A DNA stretch of 64,000 nucleotides. Origin: an uncultured Bacteroidota bacterium (GTDB lineage: Bacteria > Bacteroidota > Bacteroidia > NS11-12g > UBA9320). The notes beneath the pieces are model-generated. The model made no database searches and had not been told where the DNA came from. It worked only from the letters and a program-made list of their open reading frames with translations. The stretch is from positions 100,776-164,775 of the forward strand of contig CAKZLB010000046.1 of NCBI GenBank assembly GCA_937124965.1. Reading direction: 5' to 3'. Position 1 is the stretch's first letter. Every line of letters begins with the position of its first letter. The position numbers were made by a program, and so were the translations under genes. Positions 18,973 to 29,281 of this stretch are shown here, one piece after another.

Positions 18973-21900
18973 TTATCGCAGAATGTTTATGGTACCACTA
19001 AATTCATAGCTTGCCCCTGATAGGCTTGTTGCTTGAATCATGTAAGCATAAATCCCAATTTCGCAGAATTTATTACCTGACTTTCCGTCCCACTCTTCTG
19101 AAATGTCATCAGACTTATAGACTTGTTGGCCCCAACGATTAAATATTTCTATGTGGAATGAAGAAACGTTATTCCCAATAACTTTAAACTCTTCCGTTAT
19201 CTCAGACCCCTTATTGTTAGGTGAAAAGGCACTTGGAATATAGAGTTTAATGTCAGGCCCGACGTAAATATTACGAATAAATATATCTTCACAACTATAT
19301 TGATTAACAACCTTCAATGAAACTGGATAAACCCCTGTATCACTTTCAAAGCTAAATGTTGGAGACATTTCTGAGCTGGTATCTTGTGGGTTATTAGTTC
19401 CAAAATCCCAGAAGAACCTAACATTGTCACGATTAGGTGTCTTATTTACAAAAGAAACAATTGGTTCTCTTATTGAAACTTGGTCGCTAGGCAATGTATT
19501 GAATAGGGCAATCGGACTTTCATGAGCCTTTACTAGGTTTTCCCAAGTAAAGGTGTTCATACATCCTTCATTTGTTTCTGTCGTGAAACTAACAGAATAA
19601 TTCCCAGCGTCTTTGTAATTGTGACTTGGTTTAAGTTTATTTACGGGTTTTGACCCATCTCCATAATTCCAATTCACCATAACGTCTTTCCACATAATCC
19701 CTTCAACCGGAATAGCTTTGAAATTTGGCTCAAAAGTGAACGGAACACACCCTTCATAATAGCTTTCCAATAGTTCGATTTTGGCCAGCGGGTTAATTGT
19801 TATCTTATATTTTTCTATTTCAATTGGACAATAACCAATGCCTTGTAGCTCTAATGTTACTTCTAAAGATCTATTTGTAATATCATTAGCTGAAGGTTGG
19901 TATACCCAACGTTTCTTTTTAGTAAATATTTCGGTTGCACTGTCAGGACCAGTAATCTTTAGCCATCCATTGCTCACATTAATTTGCTCCAATTTCAATT
20001 CTTCCCCTTCACAAATCGAAGCCGGTAGTTGGTTAAACACTGAATACTGAGGTCTCTCAAAGATTTTAAGATTTTGAGGATATGTAAAATTGCAAAAGTC
20101 TTTGTTAACTATATAATCAAATGATACGTTTCCATTTGCTTGTGTGAGATCAATTTGGCTACCAGTTACAAAATCACCCGTAAAATTTCCAATATCAGGA
20201 TTTGCACTCAGGGTGTAAAAATCATCAAATTGACAAACACTATCAACAATATCAAATTCAATTACTGGTTTGCAAACCACAGTCAATGTTAAGTCTTTAC
20301 TCACATAGCACCCAAATTGATCGTATGTATAGTTTAATCCTATAATCCCGCAGCTATCAGGATTCCGGAATTGCGAATTGTATACGTCTTCAAAATCACT
20401 TGTGGAATTCCAACTGCCTCCAATAATAGGTATTGAAAAAATATCAGTTAGTGATCGAACATCATCTTGACATATATTCTTATCGGAAATCTGCGATAAA
20501 TCAATGTTGTCTAACAATGATAAAACTCCAGTATCTCTAGTGGAGCACCCAAAATCATTAGTATATTCTCCAATAATTTGATAGTCTCTAATTTGTAGCC
20601 CCGTTAGTTCTACTAAATGAGGTTTATTGAGTTCATTATGATTAAGTGGGTTCCCATCAATTAACCATGTAATGTCATAGTCGCCAAACGAGAACAAACG
20701 ACTATCCATATTCGTCAAATTGAAATACCCTGTTGCACCACATACAGTCGTTTTTGTCAAATCAAATGAAGGATTTGGATGGACCCACAAACAATATGTG
20801 TCTTTCGAAACACATCCTGACGAAAGTGAAGAGGAAGAAAATTCTTGACATAAATACTCCGAAGTTGTTATGTCGCTTAAACTTGAAAACTGTAGTTTGT
20901 CATCAGATAACATATCATGTTCTAAAGCTTTCCAGTTACCATCTTGGCTATTTGTTATTGTAGATAAGTCTAATTGTTTCTCACTTGCACATAAAAACTC
21001 TATGTTGTTAAACGTTATTTCAGGACCTTGTTCAACCACAATATCAACAGTATGTGTGTCTCGGCACTGTAAACCAAAACGTTTCCCAAAAACAAAAGCC
21101 CCAATTGAGTTTGCTCCATGTAATTGATCAGAAGCGCCAGAAAAACTCTTTTCAGTCTTAAACCTACTGCCATTTAGTTGCCAATAAATTGAATCTACTG
21201 ATGTATTTGTATACCCATTCGCTTCTAAGTGGATTGTATCACCTAGGCAATAATTGGTTTTTCCTTGAACAGTAGTAAAAGATTCAACAAAATCTAGGCG
21301 CGTGCGTTTAATCGGAGTTATAAATGAATCCTTACATCCAAGTTTTGATCGCATAACTGCAATCAGTTGTCCGTCAATTTGTTCGTCTAAAAACACAGTG
21401 TCAGATAACCCGATTGAGTGATATCTAATTTGATTAGACTGGTTTACTATTTTCCAATCAACTTCATGCAAAGTATTTGAATACGTTGAATCTCCAACAA
21501 GTGACAGATTCCCGCACCATAAGTCATTTACAAAAACATTGTTCTCTGGCAGATCCTTAACAAAAATCGTATAATCTTGTGTTATGGAAGATGTCAATGG
21601 GCAGTTATTGTCGGTTGCAGTTACTCTAAGAGTAAAGACATTTCCAGCATCCGTAACCTTAGGTTTCCAGCAAAATGAAAGTTTGTTATAAGGAGCATTT
21701 GATTGTGACACCTCAGTGATTGTGGCGCCAACAATATTTGTCTCATAGGTATAACTTACTGAGTTACTTTTCTGAAAAGACCCATCAGGAAACTTGTAAG
21801 CTTTATCCTCGGCCGTTATATCAAAACACAGCTCTTCGCCTAAGCACACCTCTAAGTCGTTGTCGGTTCCTAATGAAGTACCTTGTAGTCTGGGAGCATT

Positions 21901-22848
21901 ATTGTGTGATCCAATCGACGAAGTTTCTACTAATATATCACGTCGAATAGTACTGATTAATTTAGTTCCCGTTTCAGTATTTCTGAACGTGTTAACCTGA
22001 ATTACAATAGTTGCTTTTTCACTATTTTTTATAGGTGTAAAAGCGAGATATCCAGATTTCTTATTTAGTGTCATGCCAACTGGTAAGTTAGCGAAAGCAT
22101 TCGGTGTACAAGATGCGTCACCGTTGCACCAAACTGTAATCGGACGATTAACAGTATAACCACTTCTGTAGTTTATGGTTTCGTGAGCCTCCCGTAACGG
22201 TTGAGCAAACTCCACCACTACCGAATCGGTGGTATTTAACTGCGAAACATATGTTCTTACCGGTACATTAATTGGGAGGATAAGTTGTGGGTTTGCGGTA
22301 AAACTTGGAGAATCATGTATTTCGAAAGGGTTTATAAAACTATAGTTATACAGACGCTCTTCGGGTGTTGATTGTGACAAATTATCGATATCATCTGCTC
22401 TACTTGATAGTTGCACATACATTTCGAACCCACATGACTGGTACGATTTATAATTTTCAAAATCAATTTGAACAGAAAATGTATGAGCTTCCACGCCATA
22501 GGAAATACCTGTATCACTTTGACACTTTGAACTTGCTGACTGACACAATGGAAGAATCTCTACAATATTCTCTCGAGTCAAAGTCATTGTTCGCAGATTC
22601 GTGCTTGTGCATGTACCACGATCTGAAGTCTTCAAGTATAAAAAAATTGAATCACAATTCTTTGTGTTACTTCCCCCGCCAGCACCAGCAATTTTACATT
22701 CATTACAATCCCTGTAGACAGTAACAAAAGCATTGTATTTATAATCTGAAACATGCTTATAGGTAATTTCTGCTCCCAAGATATGAGAGGCATATGTTGA
22801 ACCACAAAGGCCAACAAGCAACCATAAAACACCTATTATTTTTTTCAC
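18973..22848 (-). CDS. Giant surface protein with T9SS type-B ('gliding motility-associated') C-terminal domain
   Basis: Signal peptide. Mature N-terminus ASHILGAEITYKHV. C-terminus YIPSAFSPNNKGSEITEEFKV...IEIFNRWGQQVYKS...EWDGK matches the PNAFSPNGDG-type CTD. Confidence 0.75.
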   Translation of the reverse strand: MKKIIGVLWLLVGLCGSTYASHILGAEITYKHVSDYKYNAFVTVYRDCNECKIAGAGGGSNTKNCDSIFLYLKTSDRGTCTSTNLRTMTLTRENIVEILPLCQSASSKCQSDTGISYGVEAHTFSVQIDFENYKSYQSCGFEMYVQLSSRADDIDNLSQSTPEERLYNYSFINPFEIHDSPSFTANPQLILPINVPVRTYVSQLNTTDSVVVEFAQPLREAHETINYRSGYTVNRPITVWCNGDASCTPNAFANLPVGMTLNKKSGYLAFTPIKNSEKATIVIQVNTFRNTETGTKLISTIRRDILVETSSIGSHNNAPRLQGTSLGTDNDLEVCLGEELCFDITAEDKAYKFPDGSFQKSNSVSYTYETNIVGATITEVSQSNAPYNKLSFCWKPKVTDAGNVFTLRVTATDNNCPLTSSITQDYTIFVKDLPENNVFVNDLWCGNLSLVGDSTYSNTLHEVDWKIVNQSNQIRYHSIGLSDTVFLDEQIDGQLIAVMRSKLGCKDSFITPIKRTRLDFVESFTTVQGKTNYCLGDTIHLEANGYTNTSVDSIYWQLNGSRFKTEKSFSGASDQLHGANSIGAFVFGKRFGLQCRDTHTVDIVVEQGPEITFNNIEFLCASEKQLDLSTITNSQDGNWKALEHDMLSDDKLQFSSLSDITTSEYLCQEFSSSSLSSGCVSKDTYCLWVHPNPSFDLTKTTVCGATGYFNLTNMDSRLFSFGDYDITWLIDGNPLNHNELNKPHLVELTGLQIRDYQIIGEYTNDFGCSTRDTGVLSLLDNIDLSQISDKNICQDDVRSLTDIFSIPIIGGSWNSTSDFEDVYNSQFRNPDSCGIIGLNYTYDQFGCYVSKDLTLTVVCKPVIEFDIVDSVCQFDDFYTLSANPDIGNFTGDFVTGSQIDLTQANGNVSFDYIVNKDFCNFTYPQNLKIFERPQYSVFNQLPASICEGEELKLEQINVSNGWLKITGPDSATEIFTKKKRWVYQPSANDITNRSLEVTLELQGIGYCPIEIEKYKITINPLAKIELLESYYEGCVPFTFEPNFKAIPVEGIMWKDVMVNWNYGDGSKPVNKLKPSHNYKDAGNYSVSFTTETNEGCMNTFTWENLVKAHESPIALFNTLPSDQVSIREPIVSFVNKTPNRDNVRFFWDFGTNNPQDTSSEMSPTFSFESDTGVYPVSLKVVNQYSCEDIFIRNIYVGPDIKLYIPSAFSPNNKGSEITEEFKVIGNNVSSFHIEIFNRWGQQVYKSDDISEEWDGKSGNKFCEIGIYAYMIQATSLSGASYEFSGTINILR

Positions 22849-22888
22849 TGAGTTATTGTTACACTAAGATACAATTAAATTATAAAAA

Positions 22889-22914
22889 GAAAGCAGTGCG
22901 TTAACACTGCTTTC
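22889..22914 (-). terminator. Rho-independent terminator between the two giant type-B genes
   Basis: On the minus strand, AAAGCAGTG-ttaacg-CACTGCTTT (9-bp stem) is followed by cttttTaTaaTTT. Confidence 0.5.
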
Positions 22915-22932
22915 TAAAATGTTGATTAATAT

Positions 22933-25900
22933 CTATCGAATTAGTGTTACAGTTCCTGTGTATTTGAACTTTTCACCACTCCAGCTTACAATCTCAAGGT
23001 AATATCCGTAAACATCTTGTGTTACATCATCGCGTTGATCATGACCAGCAGTTTTTGGATCACCATCCCATTCTGCATTTCGGCCATACTTTCCATCCCA
23101 CTCAGCTAATCGATCTTTCGTTTCCCAAATCACTTCACCCCATCTATTGAATATCATTAAGTGATAATCTCTAGCAGCATCATTAACAACTGCTCTAAAG
23201 CCATCGTTTGCTTCTGGCCCTCCGCCATCTGGGGAGAACGCATTTGGAATAAATACTAATATGTCTGGTCCAATTAATACTGGGTAAGTAAACTCACTTT
23301 CACAGCCGTAGTTAGTTCTTACTCTCAATGTTACGTCAAAGGTTCCAGTATCAGATGGATAGAAAAATAGTGGACTTACTTCTGTTGAAGTATCATCAAC
23401 TTCAGACAAGATACCGAAATCCCATTCATTATCTACAATGGTACTTCCAAGAACACCGCTCGTTGTAGACTCATTATTAAATTGGAATCTTGGCAATGCA
23501 GCAGTTGTACTATTATTCGGGTTAGGAACAAAAAGAGCATTTGGTATAGGATAAACTTCAACGTCTTCTGTTATTGTCGTATCGCACCCAAAAGCTGAAG
23601 TAACCGTTAATGTTGCTGTATTCAAACCATCAACTGTGAATTGGTATCCTGGATTTTGTGCAACGTCAGAGCCTCCATCATCGTATGACCACTCATAGGT
23701 TGAAGTTGTTGGATCAACGTCGTTCAATATAGAAGTTGTAAATGCAACATCCACAGGGTTACATCCATTCAACGTATCAGCGGTAATTGCAGGTTTTGGG
23801 ACAGGATGAACGAATACTTGTGATGTAGTATCAACCGCAGGGCAAACGTTTCCTGCGTTTACAATTGTTGTTGCATAAAACAGTAGACGAGTCACAGAAT
23901 CGGCAGAAGATGTAAAATTAAACGTAGTTTTATCTGCACTTGGATTTGACATTGATCCACCTAAAAGTGCCAGCCATAACACCTCAGTTGCATTCGTATA
24001 AGTAGCTTCTAACTCGAGAGACATATTGTCATCATATCTACAAAATGAAGTATCCTTAGGAATTTCAATAGTGTGTTTTTGATGTATTACAACCTGAACT
24101 GAATCTCGTCCTTCACAACCATGTATATCGGTATAATCATATTTCATATAAAATGGCTGATTATAATTAGATGCACCTGCAGGGCTAAATGTTCCTGTAG
24201 AAGATAATGCTCCACTTTCAGTTGTTGACCAATCTCCTCCAGAATAGTTCACTTCTAAGTCCATGTCTGGATTTGTTTCACAGAAAGTATATGGAGAAAA
24301 CGAATTGTTTACTTCACCTAGAGGTACTTCGTTGATAATTGGTATAGGAAGACCTCGAATTGTTAAGGTTGTATCTCTAAACGTCGGACAACCTGAACGA
24401 TCGTGTGAAAAACGCATAATATATGTCAAGCTATTTCCTTCACCTGGGTTTGTTGTTCCAAGAGTATTTAATGTGTCACCATTCAAAGTGTCACCTTTCA
24501 AGGCAATATTCAAACCAGACGCTGGAGCAAAACCACTTGAGTCTACTGCTTTCCAAATACCATCGTAAGGAGTTACTTTGGTTAATGCTTTAAGATCAAC
24601 AATTCCCTCATCCCAACATAAATCTGGGAATGCATCGAAGTCAATCTTAGGCACTTTAGTTATTGCTATCTCACCTGTATCTCGGTTATAACAACCGAAC
24701 ACATTTCTAAATTCAAACTCTACAGAGATTGTATCTGATAACTTAGAACCAAGAGGAATTACATTTTCATCAATATGGAGTACATAATCCTGAGTTGCAC
24801 CTGGACCTCCACCATTTACGTCCTCTATAATTTCATTTTCTTTATATGTTCCGCAATCAACACATTTCCATGCTTGACGACCTAAGGCTAGTGTACCGCC
24901 ACCTGGTCTAACGATTATTTTATCATTTTTTACATTGACAATTTCCTTGTCCTGACAGAAGTAACCGTCTCTTAACTCTACAATTGGGAGTGGATTTACT
25001 TTAATCTTGAACGAATCCGTTTTCACACAACCTGTTGAAGGGTGCACATATTGATAACTAATATTCCAAGTCCTTGATTTAGTTGCATGTCCCGCTTTGT
25101 CTGTAATAAACTCAGATTGCTTTTCAACTAGCTCAGCAGAGTCAGAACAAAACCAAATACCACCTGACGCATTCGCATCTTCTAGAATTCTTAGGTTAAT
25201 CTTACCTGCGTCATGACAAACATCCATATCTCCAGGCATTTTAACGGTAGGCAACGGGTTAACCGTTATTATCACTGTATCGGCGTCGTAACATGTTGTC
25301 GTGTCTTCAGTCACAAAAAGTTCTAACTGAAAATCGGTACTATTTTGAATATTATACGCTAGGGTATCTTTAGTTCCCATGTCTGTCCGTGCTGGCGGAT
25401 TTGTTATATCCCACCACCTAAACGTTCCAGATTTGGACGTCCCGGCAGTATCCAACTCAGTTCCTATAAGCTCCATAAAATCATTCCAACAGTATGTTTT
25501 ATCTAAACCAGCATTTGCAACAACGGTATCGTTGACAGCCAACACCATGGTATCCGAGGCATAACAACCTAAACTGTCAATTACTTTGATAACATATTCA
25601 CCTTGGTCATGCAAACCTTCCATGGTCGTATCTTCACTCACCAGAACCCCGTCCAAATACCACTCTTTCAAAAGAGTGTCTCCTTGTCTCACTCTAATTT
25701 CAGAAGTGTCTCTTGGATCATCCCAATACGCTAAACTATCGTTTGGTATCAAATTAATGGTATCATACGTACAAATTCTGCGATCTGGACCAATAAATAC
25801 CAATGGATTCTCTTTCAAGAAAATAACAGTGCTATCCCAAGCAATACAATTATTCTGATCTTTAATTTCTACGTAGAAAGTTGAATCCTCGGTTCTATTT

Positions 25901-27696
25901 GGGATTTGTACATCGACAAACGAAGTGGTATCACCTGTTCCCCATTTGAAGCTTACTGGCATGCTGCCATTCGCAACCTGTGGCTCTAAACGCAACGTTG
26001 TTCCTGCACAAACAAATGTATCTGGACCAAATGCTAAATCAACTTCCAACAATGGTGGAACCACCAATGTGTCATAGTAGTCATTTGGACACTTAGGACT
26101 ATTATTAATAGTATGTTGAATTATATATGTTCCTCCCTTTCTAAACTTTAGGGTATCATATTGTTTAGAACTTATAAAAGAGGTTGTACTTTCAAAATAT
26201 CCAATTCCTTTATCGAAAATAACAACACCGCTAGTATCCTTTAATTGCCAAGAATATTTAGCAGGGTTTTTAAAGTTTGGAAATGGCTTACTTTCAATGG
26301 CATATCGTCCACAATCCAATTTCGTGATTTTTCTATCTGCTTCAGCAATTGGATTTACCTTTACCAAGAATGCTCGAACAGTTACAGCATTCAAAGGACA
26401 AGCATCATCACGTGCAGTTACTGTATATGAATATGGTAGATCACTGGCAGCACCAATTGGAGGTGTCCAACAGAATCGCGCTGATTGATTGATTGCTTTT
26501 GCATTAGTAACCGTAAATGATGCTCCTGGAATACCACGATTCCATTTCACTGTCACCGTATCCGGATCGGGTGTGGGCAACGGTGGTGGCGGAACCTTGA
26601 CCTTGTCCTCCGTGGTTATTGTATAACAGAGCTGGGAGCCCTCACAAACCGTCGAAGTAAACTGCCCTTTTATAATGGGCGGATTATTCCCGGGACATTG
26701 CTTGGTAATAAACTGCATATCCCGCCTTGTGACCCCAATTACTTCATATTTCCCTTTATCGTTCTTTCTCCATTCCTTTACTTCCAATACTGCAACAGTA
26801 ATCTCATCACACTTTACTGGTGTAAAAATTAAATCTCCAGTTTCTTCATCTAAATAGATTCCGATTGGTGGATTAGCATTTTGATTAACATATGGTGGCT
26901 TTAATGAACCTGGGTAGTAAGAATCAAATGGGTTCTTGTACGTATAGTTTCCACTGTAAGCGATTTTATTATTATACCCTCTTAATGGATCAGCAAATGA
27001 ATATGACAATGAATCAAAGTCTGATGTATCCGATGCACCATTATTATAGTAGAATGGTTGGTTACAACATAAGTATGCAATTGGCTCCGTTGTTAACGAA
27101 GGCGAAGAGTTACACGGTGCTTTACAAAGGTCAATAGTAGCATACGTATAAAAGTTCTGGTTTGCAGCTCCCGAAGTAATGTTCGAGTTTCTACAACACT
27201 GCCCTGTTTCTAATCGAATTTCACAACAGCCATTTTTAGTCAAATTACTATAAGGCGCCTTGTTAAAGTCAATAGTAACAGTATAATAATGCTCTTCAAT
27301 GCCGTCACCTGTTCGACTTGTATTAGAAGGATTACAAGGTTTGGTTGCAGTAGCACAAACCGGCGTTACATCTCGAATACTTTGACGTGTCAAAGAAACT
27401 CCTTGTGAAGCTCCAGTTTTTGTACAAATCAACTTCGTGATATTACTTGGGTTACCAAAAGGAACCCCACCACAATAACGATAATATTTTACCGTAAATT
27501 CAAATTTTAATGTGTCGAGACACTTGTACGTGATGTCCGCTCCCATTACGTGTGTTGCTTTTGCTTGTTGTACATTCGCAAACAACACGAATCCAAGTAA
27601 TGCTAGCGTGCTGACAATCAGACGCTTAAACCTCAGTGTATATTTTTGTAGACCTTTTTCCATAATAAACGTGCTAAAATAATCTTTTTTGTCCAA
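22933..27696 (-). CDS. Giant surface protein with T9SS type-B C-terminal domain (paralog of 18973..22848)
   Basis: Signal peptide. Mature N-terminus ATHVMGADITYKCL (same motif as its neighbour). C-terminus VFIPNAFSPDGGGPEANDGF...LMIFNRWGEVIWET...EWDGK. Confidence 0.75.
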   Translation of the reverse strand: MDKKDYFSTFIMEKGLQKYTLRFKRLIVSTLALLGFVLFANVQQAKATHVMGADITYKCLDTLKFEFTVKYYRYCGGVPFGNPSNITKLICTKTGASQGVSLTRQSIRDVTPVCATATKPCNPSNTSRTGDGIEEHYYTVTIDFNKAPYSNLTKNGCCEIRLETGQCCRNSNITSGAANQNFYTYATIDLCKAPCNSSPSLTTEPIAYLCCNQPFYYNNGASDTSDFDSLSYSFADPLRGYNNKIAYSGNYTYKNPFDSYYPGSLKPPYVNQNANPPIGIYLDEETGDLIFTPVKCDEITVAVLEVKEWRKNDKGKYEVIGVTRRDMQFITKQCPGNNPPIIKGQFTSTVCEGSQLCYTITTEDKVKVPPPPLPTPDPDTVTVKWNRGIPGASFTVTNAKAINQSARFCWTPPIGAASDLPYSYTVTARDDACPLNAVTVRAFLVKVNPIAEADRKITKLDCGRYAIESKPFPNFKNPAKYSWQLKDTSGVVIFDKGIGYFESTTSFISSKQYDTLKFRKGGTYIIQHTINNSPKCPNDYYDTLVVPPLLEVDLAFGPDTFVCAGTTLRLEPQVANGSMPVSFKWGTGDTTSFVDVQIPNRTEDSTFYVEIKDQNNCIAWDSTVIFLKENPLVFIGPDRRICTYDTINLIPNDSLAYWDDPRDTSEIRVRQGDTLLKEWYLDGVLVSEDTTMEGLHDQGEYVIKVIDSLGCYASDTMVLAVNDTVVANAGLDKTYCWNDFMELIGTELDTAGTSKSGTFRWWDITNPPARTDMGTKDTLAYNIQNSTDFQLELFVTEDTTTCYDADTVIITVNPLPTVKMPGDMDVCHDAGKINLRILEDANASGGIWFCSDSAELVEKQSEFITDKAGHATKSRTWNISYQYVHPSTGCVKTDSFKIKVNPLPIVELRDGYFCQDKEIVNVKNDKIIVRPGGGTLALGRQAWKCVDCGTYKENEIIEDVNGGGPGATQDYVLHIDENVIPLGSKLSDTISVEFEFRNVFGCYNRDTGEIAITKVPKIDFDAFPDLCWDEGIVDLKALTKVTPYDGIWKAVDSSGFAPASGLNIALKGDTLNGDTLNTLGTTNPGEGNSLTYIMRFSHDRSGCPTFRDTTLTIRGLPIPIINEVPLGEVNNSFSPYTFCETNPDMDLEVNYSGGDWSTTESGALSSTGTFSPAGASNYNQPFYMKYDYTDIHGCEGRDSVQVVIHQKHTIEIPKDTSFCRYDDNMSLELEATYTNATEVLWLALLGGSMSNPSADKTTFNFTSSADSVTRLLFYATTIVNAGNVCPAVDTTSQVFVHPVPKPAITADTLNGCNPVDVAFTTSILNDVDPTTSTYEWSYDDGGSDVAQNPGYQFTVDGLNTATLTVTSAFGCDTTITEDVEVYPIPNALFVPNPNNSTTAALPRFQFNNESTTSGVLGSTIVDNEWDFGILSEVDDTSTEVSPLFFYPSDTGTFDVTLRVRTNYGCESEFTYPVLIGPDILVFIPNAFSPDGGGPEANDGFRAVVNDAARDYHLMIFNRWGEVIWETKDRLAEWDGKYGRNAEWDGDPKTAGHDQRDDVTQDVYGYYLEIVSWSGEKFKYTGTVTLIR

Positions 27697-27718
27697 TATT
27701 AAATTCCTTAAAATGTCA

Positions 27719-29266
27719 TCAATCGGTTGTGAAAATCACTTTCTTTATTATCATTCCGTTTGATGTTGTTGCCTTTATTAAGTAGATACCAGCCGACAAC
27801 TTTTCGCTGCATGGTACCTTATATTTTTTTTTCTCGTTATCCACAACTATTAAACATCCAAGCTTTTTCCCTTCGATGCTCCATAGTTCTGGGTTGTCGC
27901 CAGAAACCATTAATACATCCGAAATGCGCAGATTGAGTGGATTTGGATACACATTAAAACCGTTATTGAAACTAATTTTTCTTAATGATAACGTTTCATT
28001 GTAACGTCTAATTATCCTTTCTGTTTGCTCAGTCAGGGCACCCTCAGACGATTTTGCAGCATCTCCAAGCGCGAAAACGAAAGCAAAATCAATCTTTTTG
28101 AAGGATTTAGGTTGGAAGCTATTAAACTTTGAAACAGCTAAAAATTTTCGAACTCCTGGCGTATCCCCAGAATTTTCATCTCTCCAGTTATACTGCGAAG
28201 TGTTCCATTCTGTTTTTCCTGGATATATAAACTTAGTTTTTTCTGCTTCTGTTCCGACGAAACCTTTACCGTTCGAATATTTCGGATTTCCACTTAACCA
28301 GTTTCCTTCCAAAATCGACAACATCTGGTCTTCTGTTTCAGGAAACCCTCGTGCGCTGTCTCCCTTTACTAGACCTGATGAAGCATATAACCGTTGATTC
28401 AAGAAAAGCACTCCTGCAGAAGGGAGCTTAGTCTCAAATCCACCCTGATCAATTGAGTCACCATTATAACCATAAACCAAATCTCGACTGAGATCCGTTG
28501 CGATATAATTATCGTTTCGGTTCCCCAGTTCTAAATCAACATACTGGCCGTAATAAAAAGGAGAGTAGTTATTTGTTGAACGATTAATAACAAATAGCCT
28601 AACAAATATTGCATTTGACAACATTGGGTCGTCGTAAACAAACGCCATTCCCTGCATTTCTAACCCCATTTTATTGGCCTGTGGAAACACATTTTCTCCG
28701 TACAAGTCATTGAGTATAAAGTAAACCGCGTGATCTCCATTGAAACTTGGGTAATCTCCGTTTTCAGGATCGTATACACCATTTTTATTCCAATCAACAA
28801 AAGGCGCTAAGTACGCATTTACGTTAGTTTCATTGTGTTTTGAAGGCCAGTTATTGAAAGACTCTGGAACTTGATACCCAGTGTTTTGAAAATTTTCTAA
28901 GTGGTTAGTCACCTCAGATTTAGATACTGCCCAAACTTTGGACCAGCTCACGGCACTTTTTGCCAAATTTGTTGCGGTATCAATTGGGCCTGGCCATAAC
29001 TGTTGAGTTTCTCCACCAACATTTTTATTCGCATAAATTGTCCCACCCACTACACCTGCCATCCAACTGTTTGAATAACGAATTAGCTGTGGACCAATAA
29101 CCTCCTCTAAGTTTGACAATGGTTGACTATTCTTTTGAGAGAAAAATGTACCATTCGACTGAACAACCGCATTTAAACTTTTTGAAGAAAGAATACTGGA
29201 GTCACTTTGTCCAAAACAAAATGTTCCAACAAGCATCCACATACAAACGGTTACAATTGACTTCAC
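27719..29266 (-). CDS. Secreted protein with T9SS type-A C-terminal sorting domain
   Basis: Signal peptide MKSIVTVCMWMLVGTFCFGQ. C-terminus NVYPNPLNLRISDVLMV...GIYLIKATTSNGMIIKKVIFTTD. Only a 22-nt gap to the downstream giant gene. Confidence 0.55.
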   Translation of the reverse strand: MKSIVTVCMWMLVGTFCFGQSDSSILSSKSLNAVVQSNGTFFSQKNSQPLSNLEEVIGPQLIRYSNSWMAGVVGGTIYANKNVGGETQQLWPGPIDTATNLAKSAVSWSKVWAVSKSEVTNHLENFQNTGYQVPESFNNWPSKHNETNVNAYLAPFVDWNKNGVYDPENGDYPSFNGDHAVYFILNDLYGENVFPQANKMGLEMQGMAFVYDDPMLSNAIFVRLFVINRSTNNYSPFYYGQYVDLELGNRNDNYIATDLSRDLVYGYNGDSIDQGGFETKLPSAGVLFLNQRLYASSGLVKGDSARGFPETEDQMLSILEGNWLSGNPKYSNGKGFVGTEAEKTKFIYPGKTEWNTSQYNWRDENSGDTPGVRKFLAVSKFNSFQPKSFKKIDFAFVFALGDAAKSSEGALTEQTERIIRRYNETLSLRKISFNNGFNVYPNPLNLRISDVLMVSGDNPELWSIEGKKLGCLIVVDNEKKKYKVPCSEKLSAGIYLIKATTSNGMIIKKVIFTTD

Positions 29267-29281
29267 GAAATAAAATTTTAT

